The position numbers and the translations under genes were made by a program. 64,000 nucleotides of DNA from Camelus ferus (taxonomy: Eukaryota), in contig NC_045697.1 of the NCBI RefSeq assembly GCF_009834535.1, forward strand, positions 97,528,001-97,592,000, in the 5' to 3' direction. Positions 1 to 13,790 of this stretch are shown piece by piece; positions within the stretch are counted from its first letter, which is position 1; each line of letters opens with the position of its first letter. Below the pieces are notes generated by a model that saw only the letters and a list, made by a program, of their open reading frames with translations, was not told the origin of the DNA and made no database searches.

Positions 1-574
1 TCTTTGACTATTTCTGCCCATTCATTCCTTTAAATGTTCCTGTCCAATTAAGACACGAAGAAATGACCACTAAGAAGAAATCCTATAAATGCTCCCTCTG
101 TTGATATCAAATGGCCATGTGGAAATAAATGTTTGTAACTATGTGAGTGTAACTGGTTGCTTTTTTATTGTACCCATATATATGACCACTTTGGGAACCA
201 ATTATACTGCAGCATGTGTTCATAAAAGCCTAAAAGCTTTCAGGAGGCCAGAATGAAAGTAATCTGATGAAAGTCAGTTACCAACGTTTCACAGCTTCTC
301 ATGTAGCTCTAATGAGAAAAGAATTGTCAATGTCACTCTCTCTTTTTCCCCAATAGATGAAATGAGGAATTAGATATCCAAATGGTCAGTCCATAAATAC
401 TTATAAAAACTTATTAGTATAAAAGGATAGAAGTTATTTCATTGATAAATATTATGATTGTATGTTGATATAGGCATATTTCTTCAGTTCACATATGAAT
501 GAATACTGAGTAAAATTGGAGTCTAAATGTATTAAAGCAAAATATGTTACTAATATGCATTAAAATGGTACAAG

Positions 575-720
575 AGACAGAATGAGAGTATGGGAGTAAG
601 AACATCTTGTTTTTTACACTGGCTGCACCATTCAATGTGCATATCTTAAGAAATCATATAACTTCCAAGGATCAAGTAATTTTCATCTGCTGATTGATGT
701 AATTTGGGCTAGGTCAACAT
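575..720 (+). mobile_element. MIR SINE, highly degenerate
   Basis: Weak similarity to the MIR core (ctggctgcaccatt...tcttaagaaatcatataacttcc...ttttcatctgc). Recalled consensus; approximate ends. Confidence 0.4.
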
Positions 721-1689
721 GTCAAAATCACGTTACAGCAAATAACATAATTCTCCTGGATATAAACATTAAGGAACAAAGGTAAATTACTTAAGCTTTG
801 TAAAAAACTTAAAATGCAGCAATTCCCAGGGACTTGGATATACTCAGATGTCTCATAACCACCTGAGTATTTGTTTATTGCAAATCTTCAAACAAGATGA
901 TTGGAAAGCTGGGTATAAAATCAATATGACTTCCCAGACTTAATCTGTTTTGTGTAATATTTTATGATGACACTTTAGGAAATATCAGACTAGACCCTCT
1001 CTTGCATTTTATACAGTACTGAAAATCTTTTGGCACTATCCTCTGCCATCCCAATACAGAGGACTTTTCTAGGGCTCTGCATTTCTCAGTGTGGTCTATC
1101 TAGTCCCAGAGTCCCCTGGATCACCTCTTTCTGAGTATTTGTTCCAGCAGGTTATGACTGAAAATTAACTGGGCTAGTTAAAGCTTAATGTCTTTAAACA
1201 AGAACAAAAAGAAAACAAAATGAAACAATAGTCTGGCGAATGACTCAAAAATCAGGATTTTAAAATCACTATATTACATGGTTTATTATAGTAATACCAC
1301 ATTAATAATCACTTCTCAAACCACTTTGAGAATTAAAGTGTCCTTTATATTGCTCTCATTTTACTTGATTACTGTCCTCTTTTCCATTTATTTGACAAGT
1401 TTATTTTTCAAGTTATTTTATATTACTTTAACTTTATGTGTAAGACTGGCCTTTTGTTTAATATTGGTGAGCATCTAATCCTGCCACTTCAGGTGCCACT
1501 ATCACAGATACCCTCCTTGTCCCACCAGAGCAGACTAGTTCTGATGGGCTAGACTAGTTCAGACTAGAACAGACTGGTTACATGATCTTACAACACCCTC
1601 CATTGGTTAGCACATCACTTAGGGCAGTTTGCAGTCACATACATACATAAGTGTGTGTATGTGTGTGTGATTATTTGATTAATTTTGGT

Positions 1690-1832
1690 TATTTGATTAA
1701 TATTCTCCCAGGTCTCATCCAAGATTATAAACTAAGGACAAAACCTAGTCTGCTTTGCTCACTACTGTTGATACTCAGTCTAGTGCCATGCCTCACCCAT
1801 AGCAGTTCCTAAACAAACGTTGAATGTTGAAC
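1690..1832 (+). mobile_element. L2 LINE 3' end
   Basis: gtctgctttgctcactactg...tctagtgccatgcctcacccatagcagttcctaaacaaacgttgaatg resembles the L2 3' terminus. Confidence 0.6.
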
Positions 1833-4049
1833 ATCAAGGCACTTAGTTTATAGCCCTTAACATATACGTATTTACTATTAGGTATAACTGCTCAAATTTA
1901 GCAAACAGATAGAAGCTATCTCTTTCTTTAATTTAAAAATGTTAGTCCTTAAGAAAATAAAATTTTTCCTTTCAGGGTAGTATTTTAAATAATTGTTAAC
2001 CATTTTTACCTTAGCTGAGAATGAAGTATCTGATAATAGTACAAAATGAGAGAGGGAGAGAGACTGGGGACAGGAGATCTTCAAGAGGCAAAAATATGAT
2101 CAATGAGAGATACCTTTCCTTAGATTAACTTTACTACCAAATAATTGTGTCTAAATCTGGCTCTAGTCATAGTTCTCTCATAATTCTCTATTAATAGAAA
2201 CCTCAAATATACTCCTGTTGTTTTATTTTTAAAAAGGGGATGTCTTTATTTTGTAATGACAATGTTTTCTAAGAGGAGTTATATAGCAAGTCAATAGAGA
2301 AATAGGAATTAAACCAAGCCCTCAGCGTACTTCTGTACAACTCAGGAGGATTCTGCCCAGAATCATTGTAAGACACACAGCCAAAAGATACAAGGGGAAA
2401 ATTTGTCTGCATCTGTAGGGAACATATTTTGTTTTTAAAGTTTAAGTGTTAATTTTTTTTGTTTCATTTAAAAAAAAAACCTATTATGTACAAAACCCTA
2501 CTTCAGAGCAGTATAAATGTCGAACTATTAAATATGTATTATGAATTTGAAATTATAGTCCCCACAGGGACCATAACCTAGCTGTCAGGTAAATATGTAG
2601 GACTTTGTGGTATTTTATACAGTGCAATGCTGTGTGCCACCAAATACAATAATGTTGCTTACTAGTGGATTTTGGAATTACTTTAGTTTGAAAGTTTAAA
2701 GTTTATGCCACCATAGTCTGAATGGATTTGTTTTTAATAATAAATTCATTTAAAAATTAAATAAATTCATATAAAAATGAATTTTTTATATGATAATTCT
2801 TTGCATTACAATTTGTTCAGTGTAAATACGGACAAGAGAAGTAGGAGAGGTCCTAAGTTTCTCCTAATTTTTTATTGAAATTTTACTTTTGTTACTCTCT
2901 AGTATACTATCAAAACAAAAATCCAGATTTAATTGCATAATAGTGCATCTCTAATGTGCAAGCAATTGTGCTAGCTAGTGTAGTAAATGAAAAGATGAAT
3001 AAATCACAAATGTTTCTTCTTTAGGAACTAATGCCCTAGGAATTCATATTCAAGTAGCTAAATACAATGGTTATGTACATGAAAAAAAAAAAAGGAATCT
3101 TAGAGAAAAGCCTCAAAAGAAATACAAAGAAAAGAGGGGCTACATCTACTAGGATGCTCAGAAAAGGCGGGACTTAAGAGGGTGAGTTGATCTGGGTTTA
3201 TAGGAATTAGCAAGATTTCAATATGAAACTTCTATATAGATAGAGTGTATTTTAGCATATCACAGTTACATTTGTAATTAGGACATGGTTTCAAAATAGC
3301 TTTTCTATACAATCAGCACTTTTGATTTCAGACCTAGGTAGGACTCTCTCCATCATGATGTTGGTAAAAATTTTAAAGGAGCAACTTCTTAACATCAATT
3401 ATTTGGAATCATGTAGAACTGTGAATAAAATCACATTCCAACCTTACATATTTTTACCACCAATATACATAACATACAAACACAGGCACACACGCGCACA
3501 CGTATATGGCACTAGGCTACAGGCTCTCTTAAAGACAAACAGGCCTATGTCAAGTTCACCTCTCAACTAACCATCTATGAAGATCCATCTGTATGGCAAA
3601 GTGCTAAGTGAAGCAATTTAAAGGTTAAAAGAGACAGGCAATTTCAAGAGAAATAATTCTAAGTGCTCTTTTATTCAAAGTACAGGCAGTTCCAGATGAC
3701 ACCATAGTACATCTAGTCTAGCGGAATTGAGAGGGAAGAATGGATCTCTGGTTGAGATAGAAAAAATGCTTAATTATTAACCAGACAACATGTGTAAAGT
3801 GATAGGAGGAGTGTTCTAATCTGCACACACACACAAAGAAACCATTTTCAGAAGTCAGAAAATACAGAAGTTTGAGAAACTGACTTTAGATATATATATG
3901 CTTAGTATATACATTATGAGTTCAAAGAGACATGAGATGAAGCTGGAAAGAGATAACTTGGACATAAATCATAATTTATTTTAAGGATACTAGGTATTGG
4001 ATGAAAAACTTCTAAGTGCTGAAACACAGCTACTCATTATATGAAATAA

Positions 4050-4240
4050 AATTGAAAAATATATAGAGAAATTTATAAACACATAATAATTAGATCTTAA
4101 TATAATTCTTTCAGAAATTGATATATCAAGCAGAATATAATACAAATACAGAAGTTCTGAATACAAGATCTAATGTCCACATATAGATCACTATAGCCAC
4201 ACAAATTATTTTCAAGCACACATGGAATCTTTAAGCATAA
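4050..4240 (+). mobile_element. Old L1M ORF2 (endonuclease region) fragment
   Basis: ctttcagaaattgatatatcaagcaga...attattttcaagcacacatggaatc resembles the L1 EN-domain coding segment; no intact frame. Confidence 0.5.
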
Positions 4241-4499
4241 TAAAATTCGAAAATAAAACACTGATGTCGTTGATCAGATAGGATGTTGCTGAAGAATAGA
4301 CAGGAAGTTAAATAGGATCAAAGTAAGGTACATGAGATGGTTCAACTGCATATATATTGTTTTAATTATTGTCTTTTTTTGAAAAAGAAATACAATGTTG
4401 AGGGTTGACAAAGCATAGTAGTAAGTTTGGGTTACTAATGGGTAACATGGGTTTTCATTATTTTTGTTACAGTTTCCTAGAAATATGAAATATTTCATC

Positions 4500-5345
4500 A
4501 TTAGAGGAAAAGGGTTAGAAATGAAAGGAAAAGCTTATAAGAAGACAAGGATGAAGGAACCAGGAAGGAAGGGAGATTTCCAGAAGAACATGGTTATGGA
4601 AACTAACGGAAGAAAGGAACTGTTGCAAAGAAGAAATGATCAGTAATAATAATATAAAATGCTTGTGAGGTACCAAGTGAGACAATTACACACATACACA
4701 AGCTCACACACAAATACATATGCTGTTATGCTGTAAGGGAAGATGGTCTTGTTGAGAGATGTTTAACATATTGATGGGGACAAATGCCAGATTTCTAGGC
4801 ATCGCAGAATGAATGGGGAGTGAAGAAATGAAAAAGCGTATGCACAGCTCTTTAAACAAGACTGACTTTGAAGGAAGGAGATTGGAATTGAGGGAGGTTG
4901 TTTTTCTATTTTTTTTAAGTGACTGGAAATCTTTGAAGTTATTTAAATGCTGAGGAAATGAAACCAACAAAAAGATGAGGTTGATTGCAATTGTCAGAAG
5001 AGATTAAAGAGTGAACATTAAGAAGGAAGAGTTTAATGAGATCCAGAGTATCATTACAGGGATTAACCTGGGGCTAGAGAAACACTTCTTTGTTTCTACC
5101 AAGAAAGATAAAGATGCTTCCACGTGCAAGGTGTGCGGCAGAAAGTGAGTGAAGATCTCTGGATTCAATATCCTTTGTGATTGGAGAGGCAACTTCTAAA
5201 AGTAACAGGGACAGAGTTAGCAGAGTTGTTTTGGAGAGAGAGATGACTATTTTAAATAAGTGGAGGCAAATGAGAGAGACTATTCAATAATCCACTGGCA
5301 ACTGAGGATTCAGTTAAATTTGGATATTGATGAACTCAAGAGTCA
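4500..5345 (-). mobile_element. L2 LINE internal fragments, degenerate
   Basis: Purine-rich + strand with L2-antisense-like motifs (acaaggatgaaggaaccagg, cagatttctaggc...gaatgaatgggg). Approximate. Confidence 0.45.
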
Positions 5346-6453
5346 CAGACTCTGCCTTGTTCCATGATTTTCTCCAGCAGTTCAGGAACCTGCATGTTGC
5401 CATAGGAAGGTGAATGTTTAGAAAAATCTTTAGTGCAAGCATTTGTGAGGCATGTATACCAGAAAGGATGGTAGATGGCAAAGTAAAGAATGACAAGAAA
5501 TTTAATGGTGATGGTATATACAAATAATGAATCATGTCTCCCCCCATGGGGTCTTTTCTCATCCAAATCCAACATGCTGTGTCTTAATAATTTTGTTAAA
5601 TTAATGAACAATATACAGGTAGTCCAAAACTGTCAATAAATAGAATATATATATTTTTTCTTCATTTATAACATGTCATTCAGTATTTCTTTGCACTTCT
5701 CTGAACAAATATATTTTTAAAGATTTATCTTAAAATTGCTATCTTAGCCTACATTGTTGAAAACTAATAGGACATTTCTAATTTTATTAAAAAAGACTTT
5801 TATTTCAAAGGTATCAAGTGATTACCTACTAAGAAACTATTAAGGTAGATCATTTATGCTGGTTTTGATATTAAAATGTCACTGTTAATCTCTGCTGATA
5901 CTTTTTCCTTTAATATCTACTTTATTGTATGACTCTACTACCATTATTTTGGTTAGTGTCTATGTGTTAAGACTGTTACTCATATTTCACTTTCACATTC
6001 TGCATCCTTTTTTTATTTTATTTTTTATTGAAGTGTTGATTTATAGTGTTAGTTTCAGGTGTACAGCAAAGTGATTCAGTTATACATACATATATATTCA
6101 GATTCTTTTTCATTATAGCTTATTACAAGAAATTGAATATAGTTCCCTGTGCTATACAGTAGGTCCTTGTTGTTTATCTATTTTATACTAAGTAGTGTGT
6201 ATCTGTTAATCCCAAACTCCTAATTTACCCCTCCCCTCTCTTTCCCCTTTGGTAACTATAGTTTGTTTTCTATGTCCATGAGTCTATTTCTAGTTTGAAA
6301 ACAAAATTTGTATACTTTTTAAATTCCACATATAAGTGATATCATGTATTTGTCTTTCTCTGTCTGACTTCACTTAATATGATAATCTCTAGGTCCATCC
6401 ATGTTGCTGCAAATGGCATTATTTCATTATTTTTTATGGCTGAATAATACTCC

Positions 6454-6455
<2 letters not shown>

Positions 6456-6486
<31 letters not shown>
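6456..6486. repeat. (TG)15 microsatellite inside L1
   Basis: Perfect TG run read directly. Confidence 0.95.
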
Positions 6487-6489
<3 letters not shown>

Positions 6490-6970
6490 CACACTACATC
6501 TTCTTTTTCCAGTCATCTGTTGATGGCCATTTAGGTCACTTCCATGTCTTGGCTATTGTAAATAGTGCTGCTGTGAATATTGGGGTGCATGTGTCTTTTC
6601 AAATTATAGCTTTCTCTGAATGTATGCCCAGGAGTGGGATTGCTGGATCATATGGTAACTCTATTTTTAGTTTCTTAAGGAACTTCCATACTGTTCTCTA
6701 TAGTGGCTGTACCAATTTACATTTTCATCAACAGTGTAGCAGGGTTCATTTTTTACTACACCCTCTCCAGCATTTATCGTTGTGGACTTTTGAATGATGG
6801 CCATTCTGACTGGTGTGAGGTGATACCTCGTTGTAGCTTTGATTTTCATTTCTCTGATAATTAGCAATATTGAGCATTTTTTCATGTGCCTATTAGCCAT
6901 TTGTATGTCTTCTTTGCACAAGTGTCTACTTAGATCTTCTGCCCATTTTTGGATAGGGTTGTTTGGGTTT

Positions 6971-7074
6971 TATATATATTAAGCTGTATATATATATTTA
7001 TGTATTAAGATTATTAATATATTTATATATATTAAGCTGTTATGTGTGTGTGTATGTGTATGTGTATATATATA

Positions 7075-7104
<30 letters not shown>
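6971..7104. repeat. Compound (TA)n/(TG)n expansion interrupting L1 ORF2
   Basis: TA and TG runs interleaved with repeated aagctgt; L1 sequence resumes at gctgtatgagctg (~7107). Confidence 0.9.
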
Positions 7105-7105
<1 letters not shown>

Positions 7106-8574
7106 AGCTGTATGAGCTGATTGTATATTTTGGAAATTAGTCCCTTGTCAGTTGCATCATTTACAAACATTTCTCCCATTCTGTAGGTTGTCCTTGTGTT
7201 TTGCTTATGGTTTCCTTTGCTGTGCAAAAGCTTTTAAATTTAATTAGGTCCCATTTGTTTACTTTTGCTTTTATTTCCATTACTCTAGGAGATGGAAAAA
7301 TATTGTTGCAATTTATGTCAAAGAGTGTTCTATGTTTTCCTCTAGGAGTTTTAGAATATCCAGTCATATATTTAGGTCTTTAACCCATTTTGAGTTTTTT
7401 TTGTATATGGTAAAGAGTGTTCTAATTTCATTCTTTCACATGTAGCTGTCCAGTTTTTCCAGCACTACTTATTGAAGAGACTGTCTTTTCTTCATTGTAT
7501 ATTCTTGCCTCCTTTGTTGTAGATTAATTGACCATGAGTTTGTGGGTTAATTTTTGGATTTTCTACCCTGTTCCATTGATCTCTGTGTCTGTTTTTGTGC
7601 CAGTGCCATATTGTTTGGATTACAGCAGCTTTCTAGTATGGTCTGAAGTCAGGGAGCATGATTCCCCCAGCTTTGTTCTTCTTTCTCAAGATTGTTTTGG
7701 CTATTCAGGGTCTTCTGTGTTTCCATACAAATTTTAACATTTTTTGTTCCAGTTCTGTGAAAAATGTCATTGGTAATTTGATAGAGATTGCACTGAATCT
7801 GTATATTGCCTTGGGTATTATGGCCATTTTAATAATATTGATTCTTCCAATCCAAGAACATGGTATCTCTCTCCATCTATTTGTGTCATTTTCAATTTCT
7901 TTTGTCAGTGTCTAATAGTTTTCAGATTTCAGAGCGCAGGCCCTCTATCTCCTTAGGTAGGTTTATTCCTAGATGTTTTGTTCTTTTTGATGCAATGATA
8001 AATGGGTTTTTCCCTCAATTTCTTTTTCTGCTATTTTGTTGTTAGTGTATAGAAATGCAACTGATTGCTGTATGGTATAATCTATCAATATAAAAATATG
8101 GTACTTAAATAAAAAAATGGATATCATTATAAAATAATGAAATCCTGTTCTAGGTCCCAGAACTTTATCTCTTTATTAGGGATTTCAACTGACAGAAAGG
8201 AGAGTGACTATAAACGTGCACTAGAGACTCTGAAGGACCATGCTCTTCAGAGAGCAAAACTCGTGCAGTAGAGCAGGTCATTACTGATATTGGGGGTAAA
8301 GAGTAGATTTTTTTAACCCTCAAGTATCAAGACCTTTCCTAAAAGTTCTGTAGTGTTATAAACTTAGAAAGATTCACCATATAAGAAAATTTGAGTAAGG
8401 GATAAAATTAAAGAATTTTTCCAGAGTCCAGAACAATAATCCAAATGATGGCTCTTATCTTGCCATTGGCCCCAAAGAATCATAATCTTACCAGGAAGCC
8501 CATTTATAGCTGCCCTGCCCTGATATACAAAATCTATACATTTAACATTTAAAAAGAAAAATCCTATCTCCCGT

Positions 8575-9060
8575 TGACTGCTGCAGGCTATTTAGAGTAG
8601 CTTGTATCAAACTGAGCCTCCAACTGAGAATAACTATGAAAGCTAGATTTTTTTTGAAAGGAGGGCATTGAAAAACAACCAAGGCATCCAAGAAGGGAGA
8701 AATTGAGGGACAGGATCCCTGAGAAAAAGAAATCAAAGGGAAGTGAGTCTAACATACTGCATGCAGTTATCCCTCTAGGCATCTGCCAAATGCTGTGGAT
8801 GTGGAAGACAAGGGCAGAACACCAAGTAGAAAACACTTGCCAGAAGGCTAAAAAATGCAAAACAGAGTTTTGTTTTGTTTTGTTTTGTTTTGTTTTGTTT
8901 TGCTTTGCTTTTTACAATCTCATTCTCTGGGGGAGACACCATGTAGAATTTAGGGCTCAACAATAAAGAGGGGCCCTTGTAAACATCAGCAGGTCTCAGC
9001 TCAGGTGCTTAGAATGTCTATAGTTTAGGCATAGACCATTTAGAAAGGAACCTTTGAAAA
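8575..9060 (+). mobile_element. Old L1M (L1MD/L1ME-type) 5' region fragment
   Basis: aactatgaaagctagat...ggcattgaaaaacaaccaaggcatcca and agaatttagggc...gaggggcccttgtaaacatc resemble old L1M 5'-end consensus as recalled. Confidence 0.45.
8867..8911. repeat. (GTTTT)7 pentanucleotide repeat with two GCTTT variants
   Basis: Read directly. Confidence 0.95.
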
Positions 9061-9914
9061 TGCTTTTCCTGTTTTACTTCCTATATACGTGTAAATCTGG
9101 AACATTGAGGCACCAGCAGGCCTATTCAGATTACACTAACGTAACAGTCATTTAAAAACTTTTTCTAACAACTTATCTGTTAGGACTCTGTTTCTCAAGA
9201 GTCCCACTGGTCCAGAACAAACCTTTATCTCTAACATAATTTATCACAACGGGGTATATGTTGCTGCCAGGGTATTCAAAATCATATCAAAAACATGCCA
9301 GGATACTTTACCAAACTTTCATTCAAGAAATTCTCGTGACTGTCATATTTCCCAGTAGACTTCTGGATATCTTTTGTTCATATGCACTCAGCAGATAAAA
9401 GATAATAACTCTTCTAAGTATGAGTTTTAAAATCTTTGAACTAAGGGGCAGGATAATAACTCTATTCTTAGTTATCATTCAAGCTTAATATATCTTAAAA
9501 AAAAAGCAATCTATCAATGGTAAGGCAGTGCCAGTGGTAAGACAGTGGTCATTCAGTTCTTTTAATAAAATTGCTTTATTTTTGTTAAGTGTTGGTGGTT
9601 ATTCCTAGAATTACAACACCCAGATCCATGGAAATACGATCTCTTCCTCAGAGGATGTAAATCTTTCTAGTTCTAGTGCTAGAATCTAATAGTTGTAAAG
9701 CAATTTGGGGGCTATTGTTCACTTGTACAAATGTTTATTAAATATCAATAATGTGCCTCAAAATGTGCTGGGCATTATGGGATGTAAAATACATACATGA
9801 TAACACCTTTCTTTCAGATTCATAAATTCCTATAAAAACTTGTTCCCAAAATGATTTGAGAGAGCTTTAGAAACTATGATAAAACAATCACAGGAACCTA
9901 TTATAAAAATGATT

Positions 9915-10045
9915 TTTATTGAGTATTATTTTTATTATGTGTAGGCATTATGCTAAGTTGTTTAAATTTTATCTTCACAATCATGAAATAGATACTTTGT
10001 ATGCCAATTAAAAAATGTGGATTCTGAGACTTTGTAAAATTTTTG
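9915..10045 (-). mobile_element. MIR SINE
   Basis: ttttattgagt...tgtgtaggcattatgctaagt...atcttcacaat...ctgagact is the reverse complement of a MIR 3'/core region. Confidence 0.6.
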
Positions 10046-12779
10046 GAAAAATTCCCATAGGTATTTGGTTGGAACATTTCTAACCATTACACTGAAACTT
10101 GAAAAAGTAAAAATAAAAAAATAAAAATAAATAAATAAATAAAAGTAGTGAGAATAAGATGATGATTTTGTAAGGCTAGATATTTCTATTGGTGCCTGGA
10201 TTTCTGCTAACATATACAAGATGTATACAGCAATGTATTTGTTAACTTAAAGGAAGAAAGGTGATCTTTCCGTTAGAGTAATCTGGTAACATAATATTTG
10301 AGATTCTATTGTAATCCCTAGCATACACCATTTGTGAAAGCGAGGGAAGCAGAACACTATTTGAGCTCCAAGTTCAAATTTTTAATCAGGGATTGTTTCT
10401 TTTATCCTTGTAGTAAAACAAAGACCATTCATTGCTTCATTGTACGGAGTCAAAATGCCAAATCATAATGCAGTGTTACATGAGGACACCCTTTCTTTTA
10501 AAACGCAAATGCTCTACAGCTCTTTCTTTCAAGAATGAGTCAGAGCTGCTAAAAGTAAGCTAACACAATCATTGTTTTGTACCGTTTATGGACATAACTC
10601 AATGTATTAATTCAGGAGGTTGATGACGCCACCTTAAAATGATCTCTAAACTATAAAGAAAAATTTGAAAACAAGTTAGTTTTTACTTTTACACCTCAGG
10701 TGACTCTTTAAATAAGTTTTTCAGATTGTTTAGTGAGTTTTTTCTTTTTCAATTGCTTTCTCTGTCTGAGGGGAAAAAAGCCCTCCAAGTGTTTTCAAAC
10801 ATATAAATGTGGTAGATACAAGAAATGGAACAAGATACTTAAAATGAATAATTTGGAACCAGAGTAAATTTTTGCAGGCATCAGACTGGAAAGGTCTTGA
10901 CTGATAGAAAGTTCACTGTATTTGACATTCAAACAAGCAGTCAATATTTAAAGAGAAGTTCTTCTCCCTGTTTTTTAAATATTGATTTGGGGAGAAAATA
11001 AGTTGTTAGGAGTCTAGCTACTTGAAGTTCCAATCTGTGTGCATTTCAAAGCCATCTCAAGGAATGCTTGCCCCTGTGAAGATAAAAAGCATAAATACAT
11101 TAGGAATGAGAAATAATTATCTTGAACTTCAGGCCCAATATAAATGCAGAAACCTTTTATAACCAATGTGCTCCATTGGCATGGGTGACTCTCAGAAGGT
11201 AACTAATGTCAACGTGCTTAATGATCATATAAAAATCTAGGTAGGAGCAAAACAAAACAAAAACAATGATGTTTTTTCATAAGTAAAATAAATAAACACC
11301 ACCATTTGTACATTCTTCAATATGGTTCATATACAAATAGATATTATCCATGTAGATATTTCCTCAACTTAAAAAAATGTTTGCTTGTGCAGAATTCATA
11401 AATAAGAGGGAAAACATTGTCTACATTGTGATTTAATCCCAAAGTTAAAAGTTTTCTATTATTTGCAAGGTAGATCTAAAGCAATCAGTAAGAATAATTC
11501 AAAGTAGGAATATTTTTTCCTCAACTACCTGAGTAACATTTGAGCTTCTAGAATATTCCAAATGATTTAGGTAATGACAACCTAATTTCTAAGAACTTTG
11601 TGCACTTTAAAAATCACATGTTTTTCAGAGTATGGCTGCTACACCTGCATGCAATCAGAAGTTTTTCTGTTTAGTTTTTAGAAGTTCTTTCTACCTTTCT
11701 TCAAATATGCAAGTTCACCAGGTGTTTGCAATGTTAGTTTGGTAGCAGGGTTATAAAAACTTAATGGTGCTTTTTCTCCCTGTCACTTTGAACTAACTTC
11801 TTCATCTGTGCTGTAACAGACTTGTGGGTAGTGTATTTGTTATGTTCACAGTAAACTAAAATTTCTTCCATTTACTTCAAACATTTCTCTCTTCTTTGAA
11901 CAACAACAACAAAAAAAGAAAGAAACCACTGCCCCTCAGCCACATGGTTTTACTTTTACTTTTAAAAACTGTAGTCTGTTTACTGTAGTTTCTTTTTTTT
12001 CCCCTATCATTGACTTTCCCTGATTTTTCTTTCTAAAATTCAATAGGGTCTTTTTTGAAAAGTACTTTAAGAAGCAACAGATAAACATGTTGAGAAATTT
12101 ATCAAGTCTGTAATCCAAAGTAGGAATGAACTTTTAAAGTAGTACTACGAAGGAAAGTAGAATCATCTATAAGGAATAGACTTTTAGAAAATAATACCAA
12201 CTTTCCCTATGCCTTTTAATCAACCAGCTAAAAATTTCCATTAAAGGTGATGAATGGTATGAATAATAAAGAACATGATCTACATATTTGATCCATTAAT
12301 GGGAAAGTGAGAGATGACACAAAAGGTGATTCAGTGATCCCTGGGTTAATCCACTTGAATTGTAAAAATATCTAGACCAAGTTAAAATTAACATAGAACA
12401 CTCAATAAAAGCATGTTACCGGTTGTTGTATGCTAGGTTGTCTCTAATGGACAGCTTTGAATATTTTATATTTATATGAATCTATATTTAAATATGGATC
12501 ATTATGTTTGCAAGGGAGTAGAAGATTTGGGGAAGACTACAGAAGAGAACCTGGAGAAGTAATAGGTTAGTGTGGTGATGCAGGAAGGTGAAAAATCTTG
12601 GTGAGGAATCATTGTTTTGAGAAACAAAGAGCTAAAATATTTCTTCAAGGTTTTACTGAGCATTTGTCAAAGTATGCTCTACCTTGGGTGTTCTAGGGGA
12701 TCCAAATAAGAGTCTGGATTCTGACTCTTAAGCTTCTAATACATTTTGGATTCAAGTTAACATTAGCTTTAGAAAGCAC

Positions 12780-13100
12780 TGATGATGTAGATAAATCTCT
12801 CAAACAAAATATTAAGTGAGAAAAGGTGGATACAAAAGAATAACTTACATTAATGATAAAAGTAAAGTCTAAACAGGGAAACCCAATATATTCTTTAGAA
12901 AATTAGAATAGTGATTGCCCTTGAAGGAGGTTGTTGCAGAAGAAAGTACAAAGAGAGCTGTTGACAATATGCTGTTTCTCAATCTGGTTATGAGGATCAC
13001 AGTTACATGCATTTTGGGATAATTCATCAAGGTATGCACTTATTATATGATAATGAGTTTTTAATTCTGTAAATTATAGTTCAAAAATCTAAATGTATTT
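12780..13100 (+). mobile_element. L1ME-type 3' UTR fragment
   Basis: gataaatctctcaaacaaaatattaagtgag...agaatagtgattgccctt...ctgtttctcaatctgg...aattcatcaaggtatgcactta matches old L1ME 3' ends. Confidence 0.7.
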
Positions 13101-13299
13101 GATAAAATGACAAATAATCAGGTTTAAGATAAACATGGCGTTTTCTAAAGGTATCTATTTTGCACAATTTCTTAAAAGTGGTGAATGGTTAAAGGCTGAA
13201 TGATTTCTTGGTTGAGGAGGTGGGAAATTTTTTTCTTAGGCTCAAAATATATGTAGGAAACTTGGGCAATAACAATCACAGTAACTATAAAATGGTACT

Positions 13300-13455
13300 A
13301 ATAATCATCACTGTTACAATTGTTGGTATTGGTTCACAGCCATGAACCTAAGCATTTTACTTAAACCTTAACCTTTACAATGACTCTTGATAGTTGCTTT
13401 ATCTTTGTTTAAAAAATTCAAAATTAAGATACAGAGTGAAGTAAGTTGCCTGAGT
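13300..13455 (-). mobile_element. MIR SINE
   Basis: ctaagcattttac...cctttacaatgactctt...gatacagagtgaagtaagttgcctgag is MIR antisense core. Confidence 0.55.
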
Positions 13456-13509
13456 AAGATAAAGAGGCCACATTATTCATAATTCATGTATAATGAAAAC
13501 AATAAAAAT

Positions 13510-13790
13510 AGAGGCTGTGCAGATATTCAGGGTAAGGCTGAAGATCGGGAAGACCAGGCAGCTGTGTTCCTATCTTGAATAGAAGTGTTGGTGGTCCCAT
13601 GAGGGCCTGGGAAGCTGTGTAGAAATTGGCTCCAATTGTGCCCCTAGAAGCTGGAGGCTGGGACTCCCTTCACCCATTGTTGGAGGTTTGTCCTGGGGAC
13701 ATGAGCTAGAAAGTTCTCAGGTAGAGAAGATGAAGGCAGGTGCTTCATGTGAGATAGTCCACAGCTTCAGATGAACTCATGTGGATGATC
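13510..13790 (-). mobile_element. ERVL LTR fragment (LTR16-like)
   Basis: GC-richer block; aattgtgcccctagaagctggaggctggg...cccattgttggagg resembles LTR16-family antisense. Confidence 0.4.

Larger units (their letters stand above)
6008..8073 (-). mobile_element. 5'-truncated LINE-1 (~2.1 kb: ORF2 3' part, 3' UTR, poly(A))
   Basis: T-rich tail at ~6008, then the L1 3' UTR. Minus-strand ORFs give ORF2p peptides ([13 protein letters not shown]...[38 protein letters not shown]) with frameshifts. No TSD found. Confidence 0.97.

Noticed and set aside
2740..2798. AT-rich 11-bp hairpin and local duplication
   Set aside because: Almost entirely A/T; expected from low complexity and slippage.
5990..8110. 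TSD for the 6-8 kb L1
   Set aside because: The sequence before the T-tail (cattctgcatcc) does not recur after the 5' truncation point, so none is claimed.
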